Origin: Octopus vulgaris
Lineage: Eukaryota
Assembly (NCBI GenBank): GCA_951406725.2
Contig: OX597818.1
Location: 37,138,001-37,202,000, forward strand
Direction: 5' to 3'
Length of the DNA stretch: 64,000 bases
In this document: positions 39,991 to 52,193 of the stretch, one piece after another
Position numbering within the stretch: the stretch's first letter is position 1
Layout: every line of letters begins with the position of its first letter
Made by a program: the position numbers and the translations under genes
Notes under the pieces: generated by a model
The model's database searches: none
What the model was told of the DNA's origin: nothing
Seen by the model: the letters and a program-made list of their open reading frames with translations, nothing else

Positions 39991-42900
39991 CAACTAATTC
40001 CAGCTTCGTAAAACTAAAGAAAAAATTAAGAGTAAATAGACGAAATAGGACTTGAAAAATGAACCCGTTAATTATGATTATAGATCAAGTTGTCAGATAA
40101 ATTCGTTCGTTTTTTGGGGTTTTTTTCCTACTCGACACCCCGTCATATGTTTGAAAAGAGTTAAATTTATTCAAATTTCAAAAACGGTAAAGAAAGGTTG
40201 CAGAAGAAGAATAGAGTTTCTAAAAAGAAAAATCATAAAACACTAGGACAAAGAAAAAGAAATTTAGTATGGAGAGAAACGAACGAAATTATCTGACAGC
40301 TCAATATTATATTCCATTTAAGGGATGCTGCATTAGAAAATTTTCCCTGAGATGCCTCTGTATGAAGAACGTGGAGTTAAGTGTAAGCTAAAACGTCAAA
40401 TATAATATATAATATAAAGATGGGATGGTCATATCTGAAACGCTTTTGATCTATGTCTGCCTAATCGATAAAGGTCGGCTTGTGGGTAAAACAATAGCAA
40501 CAAGCACACCCAGACATTTTCACTGTCTACACACTCTCTAAACCTCCATCTGCTCGCTCACACATCATTCCTTCACACAGCCGCACACTATAGCTTCATC
40601 ACACACACCCACGTTCACAGACATACGCAACATGTGCCACACCTACACGAACATGTACATACACACTCACATCCTGTTATTAGCGACACACCTAGTCGAA
40701 TGAATAACGTTGCACACACGCAGCAAGAGAGAGAACATTTCGCTTCATAAATGTTTGAAAGGGCTTTAGTTGTAGTGAGGCAACCTGGTTTGCTTTCTGG
40801 TTACTAGAAATAGCAGCCAAATCCCTCTCGAAATCGCACCTTACCATCTTAGATGTAAAATTTCATTGGTTAATGAAGTTGACAGGAGTGTCACTCTCTC
40901 TCTCTCTCTTTCACTTTTTTATTGTTTTTTTTTCTTTCTTTTTAGTTTTTTTTTTTTTTTTTATCGGATGATCTTCCTACATGCTATTAGTCATTCATCT
41001 GCGAAAACTCAAGTCCTACCTAGTCGCTTCTCGTTTAGTCTTGTAGACAAAAAACTCACTTCGTTTCCACTCCGAGTTTCTTACGATGCTCAAATACTTA
41101 CGAACTTCTTGTGACGAAGCTAACCGTATGCCGCTTCTACCACTACCACTACTCTATACATTTAAATGGGTGGGGGAGGGGGAGAAAATGAGATGGTCAT
41201 GGCTGGAGCGTATGTTTAATAAGTGAAAATAGCACCAGATGGTTGTTTGTCATTCATCGAAAAAGACCTCCTCTGAAAGATGCTGTATCCATGGCAAACA
41301 GCGATACGAAGACATTTTTGTCATCGATTTGCTGGCTGACATAATAGGTAGTACCACGTAACCCCAAAGACCGACTCAGTGCAAAGCAACTAAATGAAAA
41401 TGCTGGGGCGAAGAGTCGGCATAATTGCACGATGAGTTTATATGTATAGCTTATGGTGAACAATAGCGCCGTTGGTTATCAGTCTGCAGTGGGTCAGTCA
41501 CATTTTCAGTGCATTTGGATTTATGACGACAGTAATAAGGTTATTTTCAGGCAGAATAAATGCCATACATTATTATTTATTATTTATTTTTTTTCGAAAA
41601 AAAAATTTATTCAAAAGCACCTGTTTCGGATAGGAGTGGCGTTGTCCATCTATGTATATCTTGCGCCGACGTACTTCAGCGAAAGACAGACACACGCATA
41701 TAGAGTGAGAGAGGGGGGAATAGAACTCAAACATGAGTGTGTGTACACATACACACACACACACACACTCATTCTCATTATTTAATCACTTAGTAACTTC
41801 TGCCGATTGAATAACATATAATAGATAGTCATTACTGGAACACTGTCATAGGTTTGTTTGAACACAACGACTGGCTTCCCTATAGTTTCCAACTAACTCT
41901 GGACACACCTTCAGAAATCTATGATTGACGACACTCATGAGAGGTGTCGAGCAGTACACCCTAACCCGGACCTAGGTGGCTACGAGCCGAACTTGCCATA
42001 TTTACGGCCACAAACGTGTGTGTGTGTGTGTAAGAGAGAAAGTTAATGTTTAGTCCTGGCCAAAGGTTTTCTCGTCTTAGCCATCGTGCCCTTTTCAATC
42101 CATACATACATATATTGACAGGGTTACCATTATCGACTGCTGTTTCTTTGTTCTTTTAAAGACGGTTCTGGAATTGAGATTTGACTGCTATTTCTTGCAG
42201 GTCAAGTAACGACGTTGAGTCTTTTTGGAATAGTGGTGGAGGTGGTAGTAGTTAATTAGTAGTAGTAGTAGTAGTAGTTTTGTACATACGATTGCTCCAA
42301 TCGAGAAAGTTAAACTCGGCGTGGAATGGCGTGAGTGGTTTTTGCCTACGGACTAACGAGAACTGCTTAGGTAAGATTTCATAATTCATGGATGAATGAC
42401 TTAGAAGACTATTCGTCTGCAAAAAGAAAAGATTTTTAAAAAAACCCTTCCGCCAAGTTCATGTACTCTATCTATCTATCTATCTCTCGACAAGTGACTA
42501 GACGTCTCCCGTAACCCTTACGTATTTTTTTGTTATTTGGTATAAAACAAAAAGCTAACTGCTCCTAACATCTTAAAAAGAAAGGGTAAAAGTAAAACTA
42601 ATTCTACTCGTTGACTCCATAAACGTGTCAAAAGACGATAAGTCAATGAAGGGGGTTTTTACAAGGCTTGTAGTTTTACTAGGCCCCGGAAATAAAATTC
42701 TGCTTACTGGCGAAGTCTGTAAAAGTCTATTTGGGAAAAACAAAAAAGGACATTAATATTAATATCATTTGCATAAATCTGAATTTGTGAAATTAACGAT
42801 TCGTAATTTTTTTTTCTCAGCACAGGTGCGCCCCAGAGATAACTTATCCACGGTACAGGAAAGCTTTCTTAACCTCGATTTCTAAAAATAGCAGCCAAAT

Positions 42901-43368
42901 TTCCCTCAAATCACATTCAACCGTCTTTAGAATAAAAGAAAGGATACACTGGATAATGTTGTTCAAGATACGTTGTGTTGAGGGGGGAAAGGACTTATTG
43001 GTCATTGTTAGAACATCTTTAGGGGTAGGTTTGTTCGATTAGGGTCTTAATAGCAATATAAGATGATGTTGAGCCAATATTTGACCAGCGAGAAATAGTG
43101 AACAAGTGTTAAGGGATTTTTTTTAAAAAATCAAATACCCATCTCGCGTTGGATAATGTATCAAGGCCTGGGTGAATAGAATTGCATGGGCACGGCTAGA
43201 ATGCATTTGATCTTTGGTGTGTCTACCCAATGATCCCTGACCTAGGGCTACAGAACATTGTCTGTTTCTTCAAATATATTGTTTGGTGTATTTATGATGT
43301 AACAGAAACTATGCTCAATACTCTAAGAACTAAATATTGTGTGTGTGTGTGTGTGTGAGGGAGAGTGA

Positions 43369-43606
43369 AGAAGCGTGGCTTGGTGGTTAAGCTGTTTGCA
43401 CTCACGATTGCTAGATCGTGGGTTCGGTTCCCGGACCGGGCGGCGCGTTGTGCTCTTGTGCAAAACACTTTATTTCACGTGGCTCCAGCCCACTCAGCTG
43501 TAAATAGGGGACTCTACGACGGAATAGTCTTCTGATTTGGGGTGGCATCACTCGAAGGCCAAAACGAAGCGAAGCGCATTGTGACTAGCGATGTATTGCA
43601 ACATGC
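43369..43606 (+). mobile_element. Mosaic tRNA-derived SINE (head/core of family D, tail of family C)
   Basis: 5' part matches 53249-53400; 3' part matches 35449-35515. Confidence 0.8.
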
Positions 43607-44329
43607 AACTGTTGTCTGGTCAATACAGTACTGATGCATGCATGTATGTATGAATGTGTGTGTAGGATTTTTAGCTCATATTCATTTGTATATACAAGAC
43701 GAAAACCTAACTGTTTCAATCAATTAAGACACATGACCTCGATTGGATTTTCCCCACATCGCGAAATTTAATAGATTTTTTTTTTTTTTTACGATACATG
43801 ATAAAATTGCCTTGTTTCTTGTGTACAAGGCCGCAATCGTGAGTAGAACTGAGGTGGAAATTGGTACGAGGGGAGTTTACTGACTTTACTCGCCAGTGAC
43901 TTAACCTAATAATTTATGGTTCTGTGTTTGTCTGGATAGATATATAGATCTTTATTGAATTTACTCTCTAACTTAGAAGCGCCGTACACACGCACATACA
44001 CACACACACATACACACACACACACACACACTCACGCACATACACTCACTCAAAATATGATGATGTAACATTGGCATTCTCAATTCCTTTGTTCGGTTCT
44101 TTTAAATTCTTTGTCTTTTGTGTTGACATTTTGCTGTCGAGGTGGTCGGCTAAGTACTAAAAATAGATGTTAAATTCCCCCAAATCACACAATTACACCA
44201 TCCTAATAAGGCGATGGTAATGTCCTAAATATGTTAAGGATTGGAGGAGGATGGCTGAAACGCCTTTGGTCGTAGGTTTTGCTCAGCTAGGGCTGACCGG
44301 AGTTGGGTCGGGGCTGGACAAAACCAACA

Positions 44330-44731
44330 GGATCTTTTCGGTTTGACCGGCAGTTTTCTTTTAATAATTTCCATGTAACTAAACACTTTTAAACTTCATA
44401 TACTGGTAGAATGTGTTTATAAAACATCTTTTTTTTCTTGGCTTAATTGGGAAAATTCTGTAGCTTGTAAGATATTTGTCTTTTTGTTTTTCTTCAATTT
44501 CTGCAATTTCAACCAATCAATGATATCTATTGGGGTGAAAACATTCTGTGCCGTATGACTATGTCCCTCGTTTAAGAAACAGATTGGGTTTATTTACATT
44601 TATGAAGAAAAAAAGATACCCTAACCCTAAAAAAAATTGAAATGCAATAGATCGATACTAGGGTCATAATTATGGGTGACAATTTCATATGACACCGCAA
44701 GAAAAAACTGCCGTTCAAACCGAAAAGATCC
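44330..44731 (+). mobile_element. Merlin-like MITE copy 1
   Basis: TIR GGATCTTTTCGGTTTGAMCGGCAGTTTT; 8-bp TSD AACCAACA. GG termini plus an 8-bp TSD fit the Merlin/IS1016 superfamily. Confidence 0.85.
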
Positions 44732-45177
44732 AACCAACACAGCGAATAAGACAAGCTGCGAGTCCATTGACTCAAAGAAAGGACTAGTTGTGTTGACCCC
44801 GTTTCGGAAAGGAGAGAATGCGGAAATTTATGAGAAAATAACTCTGCAAAAAAAAAGTCGTTTAAATTCTTTAAGAGAGGCGAATATAAATTAATGTTCA
44901 TTGCCATTATATTTTGTTTTGTATTGATGAAGTAGGGTTGTTTCTCTTTGGTCACTAAAGTGTGGCTTCGTGCTTGCTTATGTTAGAAGCAGTTATTGTT
45001 AAAGTAAAAGATTTTTACTGAATCGGTAGAGCATCAGCCACGTATGAAATGTCTTGTGTTCAAATCCTGACGAGGTTGTCCCTTTCGGATCGATGTAATT
45101 AAGTGCCAATCAAGTACGGGGATCGATATAATTGATTGCTCCCAACACCCTCAACACTACCAACAAAAAAAACTTTA

Positions 45178-46505
45178 GAATCTTTTCGGTTTGAACGGCA
45201 GTTTTTGACATAATTTCTAGGTAACTAAAAAATTTTAAACTTCGTATACTGGTAGAATGTGTTTAGAAAACATATTTTTCTCTTGGCTCTATTGAGAAAA
45301 TTCTATAATTTGTAAGATATTTGTTGTTTTTTGTTTTCTTTCTTCAATTTCTGCAATTTCAACCAATCAGTGACGTCTATTGAGTTAAAAAGCATTCTGT
45401 GCCGTATGAATATGTCCCTCGTTTAAGAAACAGATTGGGTGGCGAAGTTTCGCATGTCGTAGCGCAGATTTCCGTCGATTTCCGTAAAAAACTTTTATTT
45501 TTTTACATAAGTAATGAGAGCGAAAGAGACTAAGAGGAAGCGATTTTATGACGAGAAGGTTTCACTTTGAAATCGGCCTGTGTGTGTTTGATGGGGTGTG
45601 GGAGACAGACAGTATGTTGTGTAAGTGAAGTGCTTCTGTTAGTGTGTGTGAAGAGACAGAGAGAGTAATGTGTGAAAGAGAGAGATAACTGATTTTTTAC
45701 TCGGTGTATGTGTATATGTATGTATGCATGTATGTGTATATGTATGTATGCATGTATCTATGTATGTGTGTGTGTGTAAGTATGTGTGTGTGTATGTATG
45801 TATGTATGGCCGATTCATCGTAATTTTTTACTCGGTGTATGTGTATATGTATGTCTGCATGTATGTGTGTGTGTGTATGTATCTATGTATGTGTGTATGT
45901 GTATGTATGTATGTGTGTATGTATGTATGGTCGATTCAGTGTAATTTTTTACTCGGTGTATGTGTATATGTATGTCTGCATGTATGTGTGTGTGTGTATG
46001 TATCTATGTGTGTGTGTGTGTGTGTAAGTATGTGTGTGTGTATGTATGTATGTATGTGTGTGTGTGTATGTATCTATGTATGTGTGTGTGTGTATGTACT
46101 CGGTGTATGTGTATATGTATGTCTGTCTCTTCGCACACACTAACAGAAGCACTTCACTTACACAACATACTGTCTGTCTCCCACACCCCATCAAACACAC
46201 ACAGGCCGACTTCAAAGTGAAACCTTCTCGTCGTAAAATCGCTTCCTCTTAGTCTCTTTCGCTCTCATTACTTATGTAAAAAAATAAAAGTTTTTTACGG
46301 AAATCGACGGAAATCTGTGCTACTACAACCGAAACTATGCCGATTGGGTTTATTTACATTTGTGAAGAAAAAAAGATACCCTTCCCTCCACCCCTAACCC
46401 TAAAAGAGATTGAAATGCAATAGATCGATTCTAGGGTCATAATTATGGGTGACAATTTCATATGACACCGCTAGAAAAAAACTGCCGTTCAAACCGAAAA
46501 GATCC
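45178..46505 (+). mobile_element. Merlin-like MITE copy 2, inserted in a degraded SINE A and carrying a nested element
   Basis: Same TIRs; TSD AAACTTTA/AAACTCTA. Host SINE A at about 45017-45177 resumes at 46506-46535. Confidence 0.85.
45441..46341. mobile_element. Foldback-type non-autonomous DNA transposon with about 220-bp TIRs
   Basis: 45441-45660 versus 46122-46341 are near-perfect inverted repeats. GGC...GCC ends; 8-bp TSD GATTGGGT (45433-45440, 46342-46349). Internal roughly 120-bp TG-rich tandem units start TTTTTTACTCGGTGT. Confidence 0.9.
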
Positions 46506-47114
46506 AAACTCTAGCCTTGTGCCTATAGAAATCAACATCATCATCATCTCTTCTAATACATTTTGTGGTCCATGCCTGCTGGCGAAATTATTGAATTTGC
46601 GCTCTCACACGTGTACACACATACTTGGGTACAAATGCACCTAACACAAGCAATCGCCCATTTTTAATGCTCACATTCGCTTGTCGAAATATGCGCATGC
46701 ACGCGCACACAACATATGCGTGCGCACGCTGCATTGGCCTATTGGGTAATGTCATGCACTACGACGGCACATACACTGAAGGTGTTTGTTTCATAAATTC
46801 AGAGATGCTGGGTTGGTCGAAATGTCACTCTTTTTTTTTATCTCCTTATGATGATACGTAATACATGTGCTGGGTTGAGATGTGTATACCATGGTGACGG
46901 TGGGAGGACAAACAACATAAACTTTAAAAGTACGGAAGACTGGACACATCTTGTCACTCACTGCAAGATAATAATGATGGTTTTTTTTGCTTTGTTAAAT
47001 TTAAAGGAATTCTCATATTTCTTGTTGAATGTCATTAGCTTGTTATTCTAGATGGTACTTCTTAATTACACTTTTATTTGGACTGCTGCTATTTAACCTC
47101 TATGTGTGCGCATG

Positions 47115-49190
47115 CTAGAAGAGGTACCCAGTGTTACCCATGTTATGTGTAGAAACTTTTCTTAAATTTAAATGACTGCAATTATAGCACTCGGATCTTT
47201 TCGGTTTGAACGGCAGTTTTTTAAAATAATTTCCACGTAACTAAACACTTTTAAAATTCGTATACTGGTAGAATGTGTTTATAAAACATCTTTTTCTTTT
47301 GGCTTTATTGAGAAAATTCTATAGCTTGTAAGATATTTGCTGTTTTTTTTCTTCTTCAATTTCTGCAATTTCAACCAATCAATGACGTCTATTGAGGTGA
47401 AAACGTTCTGTGCTGCATGAAAATGTCCCTCGTTTAAGAAACAGATTGGGTTTATTTATATTTCTGAAGAAAAAAAAGATACCTTTCCCCCACCCCTAAC
47501 TCTAACCCTAACATAGATTGAAATGCAGTAGATCGATACTAGGGTCGTAATTATTGGTGACAATTTCATATGACACCGCTAGAAAAAAACTGCCGTTCAA
47601 ACCGAAAAGATCCTAGCACTCTTTTAGGCAATCCGTTTCGCGTGTAATTGTATTCGAGTGTGTGTGTATGTATATATATATATATACACACACACATACA
47701 CATATATTGCTATGTTTCTATGGTGTGTGAAGCTTTATGACTATGCATTGATAAGTTTAAATGTGTCTTACTCAGCTAGTGCCCTGGGATAGACAACATT
47801 TCTTGTTTCTGCATTTTGGTTCTCTGGTGAAAAGATATTTATGTGGATCACCATGAGAGCATGTAATATGAAGTTTACCATGAGGCGCATGGACTTGTCA
47901 GTTCAACTACCAACAACTCTAAGGAATCTCATAGAAAAAAACACAATGTCAATGGCAACTTAAGGGTGCTTGAAAATAAATGCCTGAGAGAGTGAGAGGA
48001 ATGTGTGGAATAAAAGCATTTTTTCTAATACAACTAATTATAATTGTAGCCTTAATTACATACGGCATAAGAGTTTGGACAATTTATCTTGCACCTTTAA
48101 AGAGTTCTGGTGGATCCAAATTCTGAAGCAACATAATGAGTGATTCTACTTTGAATTGCAGATTATGGGGAAGGACAACAATAAGCTGGAGAGAATTTTA
48201 AAACTCTAAGGTGAAGAACTTCCTTTGCACCACCTGGATCGAGCTGGTACCTGTTGAATGATTATAGCATTAATATCTGCTACTCTGTCATTTGGGGGCA
48301 GGTGGAATGGCACACTGACAAAGTCTCTCCGGTTTTTCTATAATTCTGTGAAAGACTAGAATAAACTTTGAATTGCATTTCTTGATATTTGATGGTGATC
48401 TACAATTTTGTTTAGTGTTTTGACATCTTTAATTTCAGTGTCAGCTGGTTGCTGAGAGAACTCTGTTAAGTGCAAATCTCCTGTTTGGTAGTAGAAAGAT
48501 TTACCTCTTGTCTTCAAATATATAAACTTTTTTGAGGCATCCTCTCAAATCATCAGCTGGTGTACTCTTTGAATAACTGACTGTGTTTGCTAGAAATCAC
48601 CTGAGAGTACGGCCATGACGCCGTTCATGCTGTTAGTTACTTTTGAGGTCTTTAAGAGGTGCAAGTCTGTAAACATTGTGCATTCACTCTGTTTCAGTAG
48701 ATCAGCTGTCCAGATCCTTTACCAGTATTGCACACTCAGCAGTCAGTGTGTACTAAGGTGGAGTGGTCATTTAAAAACAAAATGAGTAGTTTATATTACC
48801 AGTGAGTAAAGTTGCACCAACTCTATATGAGGCCAATACAATAGTAATATGTTTGAGTGAACTTGAAGTTTGCCAGATTTACATTGATCAAAAAATGTTT
48901 TGCCTGCTGCATGAGAAGGATCTGATGCCACCGTTTTTGGGGGGTTTTTTCCCTCTAATCCAGAACCATGAGTTCATTTTAGTACACATAGTGCTCCAGT
49001 TGTGAAATATCATTGCTGAATGTGTGAAAATATTTCAGATGAGAGCTACAACTGCTGTTCATGCTGGAATGGGTAGACTACAAGGCTTTAGTATCCTTGC
49101 CAGCCATGACTGTACATCGTTTTCGAGGAGGATCAATGCAATAAGTGAGGATAAGTATATAGCAAAGATGAACTTATGGTGTTTGTATCA
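47115..49190 (-). mobile_element. Second decayed Helitron (PIF1-like helicase half plus 3' end)
   Basis: Minus strand: AAGKTFLINV..., LAS..VGATLLTG, ECTM, LSGDF*QT..VI..STPADDL.GCLK, VLPHNLQFKV, IMLLQNLDPPEL.KG.R, FIPHIPL, HGKLHITCS, RNVVYPRALAE* (stop 47768-47770). 3' end ...TGGGTAACACTGGGTACCTCTT-CTAG at 47115. Confidence 0.85.
47193..47613 (+). mobile_element. Merlin-like MITE copy 3 (inside Helitron 3' region)
   Basis: Perfect TIR ends; 8-bp TSD TAGCACTC. Confidence 0.88.
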
Positions 49191-50779
49191 AAGCATTGTT
49201 ATAATTAAAATCGCTCGTCTTAACAAAAGAGATAGGTATATATATATGTGTGTGTGTTTATGTGCATATAAGTATTTGTAAATACATATGTATGTGTATA
49301 TATAATGTTTACACATACGTGTATATATATAACAGTGTATAGGAGATACGTGCAATTAAGGAATATCAAATTTACCTGATGTTTAGAACAATGTGGCCGA
49401 CAATACACCTCCTGCCCAATAACACAGAGGAGTGATGGAGCATTCATAATTATGGTAACACATACGTATGTTCTATCTTGTTAACAGAAAGTTCGTTATA
49501 CACTCTGCGTGCGTATGTACGCGCGCAGCTGCTCGACTATAGGTGAAGGTCCCATCCGGTTAAATGTGTCCTTCATACATACATTCCTCTGTATTCACAG
49601 TTTATCCTACTTTCTTTTCTGCATATCAGTTTCGACCGTGTGAAATAAAGGCAAAGAGACGTTTGATTAATGTCACCGTAAAAATAATAATAATAATAAT
49701 AATAATAATGTAATGGTCAGGATGATTGAAATTCCTTTGGTATAAATAGACCTGCTCGATCAGGGCTGAACTGGGCCTAAACAACAACAACAATCTAGTC
49801 CCATACTTACTCGATGCTGTCTTGTGAGAGCACTCGTAGAAACTCTCACCTTGGTCGCCTGAACCTCATGTCCGCCGCCCTCACACAACACAAAAACGTA
49901 TAAATAATCGGCGATGCTGTGTTGGTGTTTGCTATTAAATTTTCTTTTGTTTCTTCGAGTTATTATTATTCTTTTCTTTTCAACTTAATATTTGGAATTT
50001 CCAGTGACTAGAAGAGTGGGTGTAGTAAGTAATAAACGCTGTTACTGTAACACGAGTTTGTCAATTTGACTAAAACATCTATCTCTAAATATCACCAACC
50101 CCTTAAGTGGCTGTGAATCAAATATTTTTCTACTTTGGTTTCAGAGTGTGTGCGTACTCGCACGTTCAAACACACATACACACATCTGTTACATTTTTCT
50201 CTCGGACAAGTGGAATTCTTATAATCATCTCTCTCTCTCTCTCTCTCGGTATGTGTGAAAGTAGGTATAAAAATGCGTATGTGTGTGTGTGAATCATAAA
50301 TATTTATGTATTGCAAAGATTGCGACAGATAATGTTGCTTCATTTCATTTAAAACGGCGAATGTTCCGTTGGTTTGTCGTGAAATTGTGCTGTCAGATGA
50401 TATCATGTGAAATTAGCAAGTAAACCGATAGTTTGCCTATGAAAAGAAATTACTTTGGCGTAACAGCTCTCTGTCTTTCCTTCTTTCTTTCATCTTCTCC
50501 CTCTCTCTCCATGTGACCACGCTATCTTTTTCTCTTAGCTCTACGTATAATATTTCTCTTTCTCTCGGAATCCAGTCTAACATCTGTATATATCTCTCAC
50601 TAATTAGTCGTCTTCGTTCAGCTTGACATCTCCCTACTTATTTGTCATTTTTCTTTTTTTTCGTCCTTCTTTTCTCTAGCTTTCACTTTTTTTCTTCTCT
50701 GTCGTTCGAACAACATTACTTTTTTTTTTTGTTTGTTTCTTTTGTACCTGTCCCTGCTTTTGGTTGCGCATAAAATCTC

Positions 50780-51005
50780 TTCCCGTTGAACGTATATCTT
50801 CTTTTTCAGTCAAACGTAACTTCTCCCCCAGTCAGATGTAACTTTCTCTTTCAGACGAACGTAGCTTCATGTCCAACTAGACGTAACTTCTGTACCAGTT
50901 AAAACGTATGTCTTCTGCTAGATGAGCGTATCCTTTTCTTCCAGTTAACCGTAGCTTCTCACCTAACCAGTATAGCTTCTCTTGTAAATAAGTGTAGCTT
51001 TTAGT
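50780..51005. repeat. Degenerate roughly 21-bp minisatellite (CAGTCAAACGTAACTTCTC-like)
   Basis: About 10 units containing ACGTAACTT/CGTAGCTT. Confidence 0.75.
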
Positions 51006-51227
51006 TTCGGCCTGTCTTATCTATGTCGGTTCCATATGATTCTCTTACATTTGCGAGTGACGCTCCACTTTCACGCTTTGTGTGTGTATGTATATATATA
51101 TAAAATCATCACAGTCGATCGTGATTTTGCCATCTCAGTTTTATATTTTCGATCTATTTCTCGCAGGTTATTTGAGTCTTCCCCCATTTCAACGTTAATT
51201 TTTCCTTTAAGGAGACCATGTCTCTCC

Positions 51228-52096
51228 ATAGGATGACGTCTCGGTTTAGGGAAACCCGCCCTAATTCATGCTGACTTGTATATCAGCTCCGTATTACCAC
51301 TGCTCTTGTTTCAGGATGACCTCTACTCTGTACAAGTTCAAGTCACCTTGAACTTGTACTTCTGTTGAAGATGACTTCTTTTTCGTCCCAAATCATCTCT
51401 TGGCTCTCAGATACCTCTTTAGTTCAGAGAAGCGTCTCTTTCAGTTTTAGATGACTTCTCAGTACAGGATGACCTTTTGTTTTGACGAAGGTCTTCTCAG
51501 TTCAGAGTGACCTCTTCTCTCAGATCAGAGTGACTTCTTTCGGTTGAAGGTGACCGCCTCTCTGTTTAAAATTAGTCCTTTTTATCTTGCTTTTCGCAGT
51601 TCAAGCTGATTTCATCTTTCAGTTCGGAGTGACCTATTCTCCTCTCTGACCCCTTGAGTGGCGTCTACTTTCAGGTCAGTATGACCTCTTGCAGTTCAAG
51701 GTTTCTTGTTTCAGTTCAACTTGACTTTTCTTTCAGTTCGAGGTGACCTCTGGTTGATCTCTACTCTTGTTTCAAGCTAACCACTTATCTCGGCTCAGTT
51801 TGACCTCGCAGTTCAAGGTGACTTCCTCTGACAGATCGAAGTGACATCTTCTCACAGTTCGAAGTAATGTCTTCTCGCAGTTCGAAGTGACCTTCTCTTG
51901 ATTATAGTTGATTTCTCTGGCATCAAGTTGACCTCTTCTCATTGGGAGGGTTGACCTCTGGATGGTTTTTTTCTCTCAGTTCTGGATGACCTTTTCTCAG
52001 ACGTTACCTCGCAGTTCGTGTTGAACTCCTTTCTCAGCTCAGACTAAACCTCAAAGCTCATTCACGGTGATTTCTTTCAGTTCAGCATGACTTCTC
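51228..52096. repeat. Degenerate roughly 20-25-bp tandem array of CAGTTCAnnnTGACCTC units (IR3 palindromes)
   Basis: More than 20 units by eye; perfect AGGTCAgtaTGACCT at 51673-51687. Confidence 0.85.
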
Positions 52097-52128
52097 TTTA
52101 CGTCGACTCGATTCACCGCTTGTCACTT

Positions 52129-52129
<1 letters not shown>

Positions 52130-52188
<59 letters not shown>
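52130..52188. repeat. (CT)n microsatellite
   Basis: Direct inspection. Confidence 0.95.

Positions 52189-52193
<5 letters not shown>

Noticed and set aside
42190-42380. Possible exon between TTTCTTGCAG and TAG|GTAAGA
   Set aside because: The acceptor lies in an antisense repeat E copy and the interval has stops and an (AGT)n tract; at most non-coding.
51228-52096. Repeat-spacer appearance suggesting a CRISPR array
   Set aside because: Repeats are short and degenerate, linkers are only a few nt, there are no cas genes, and the context is eukaryotic.
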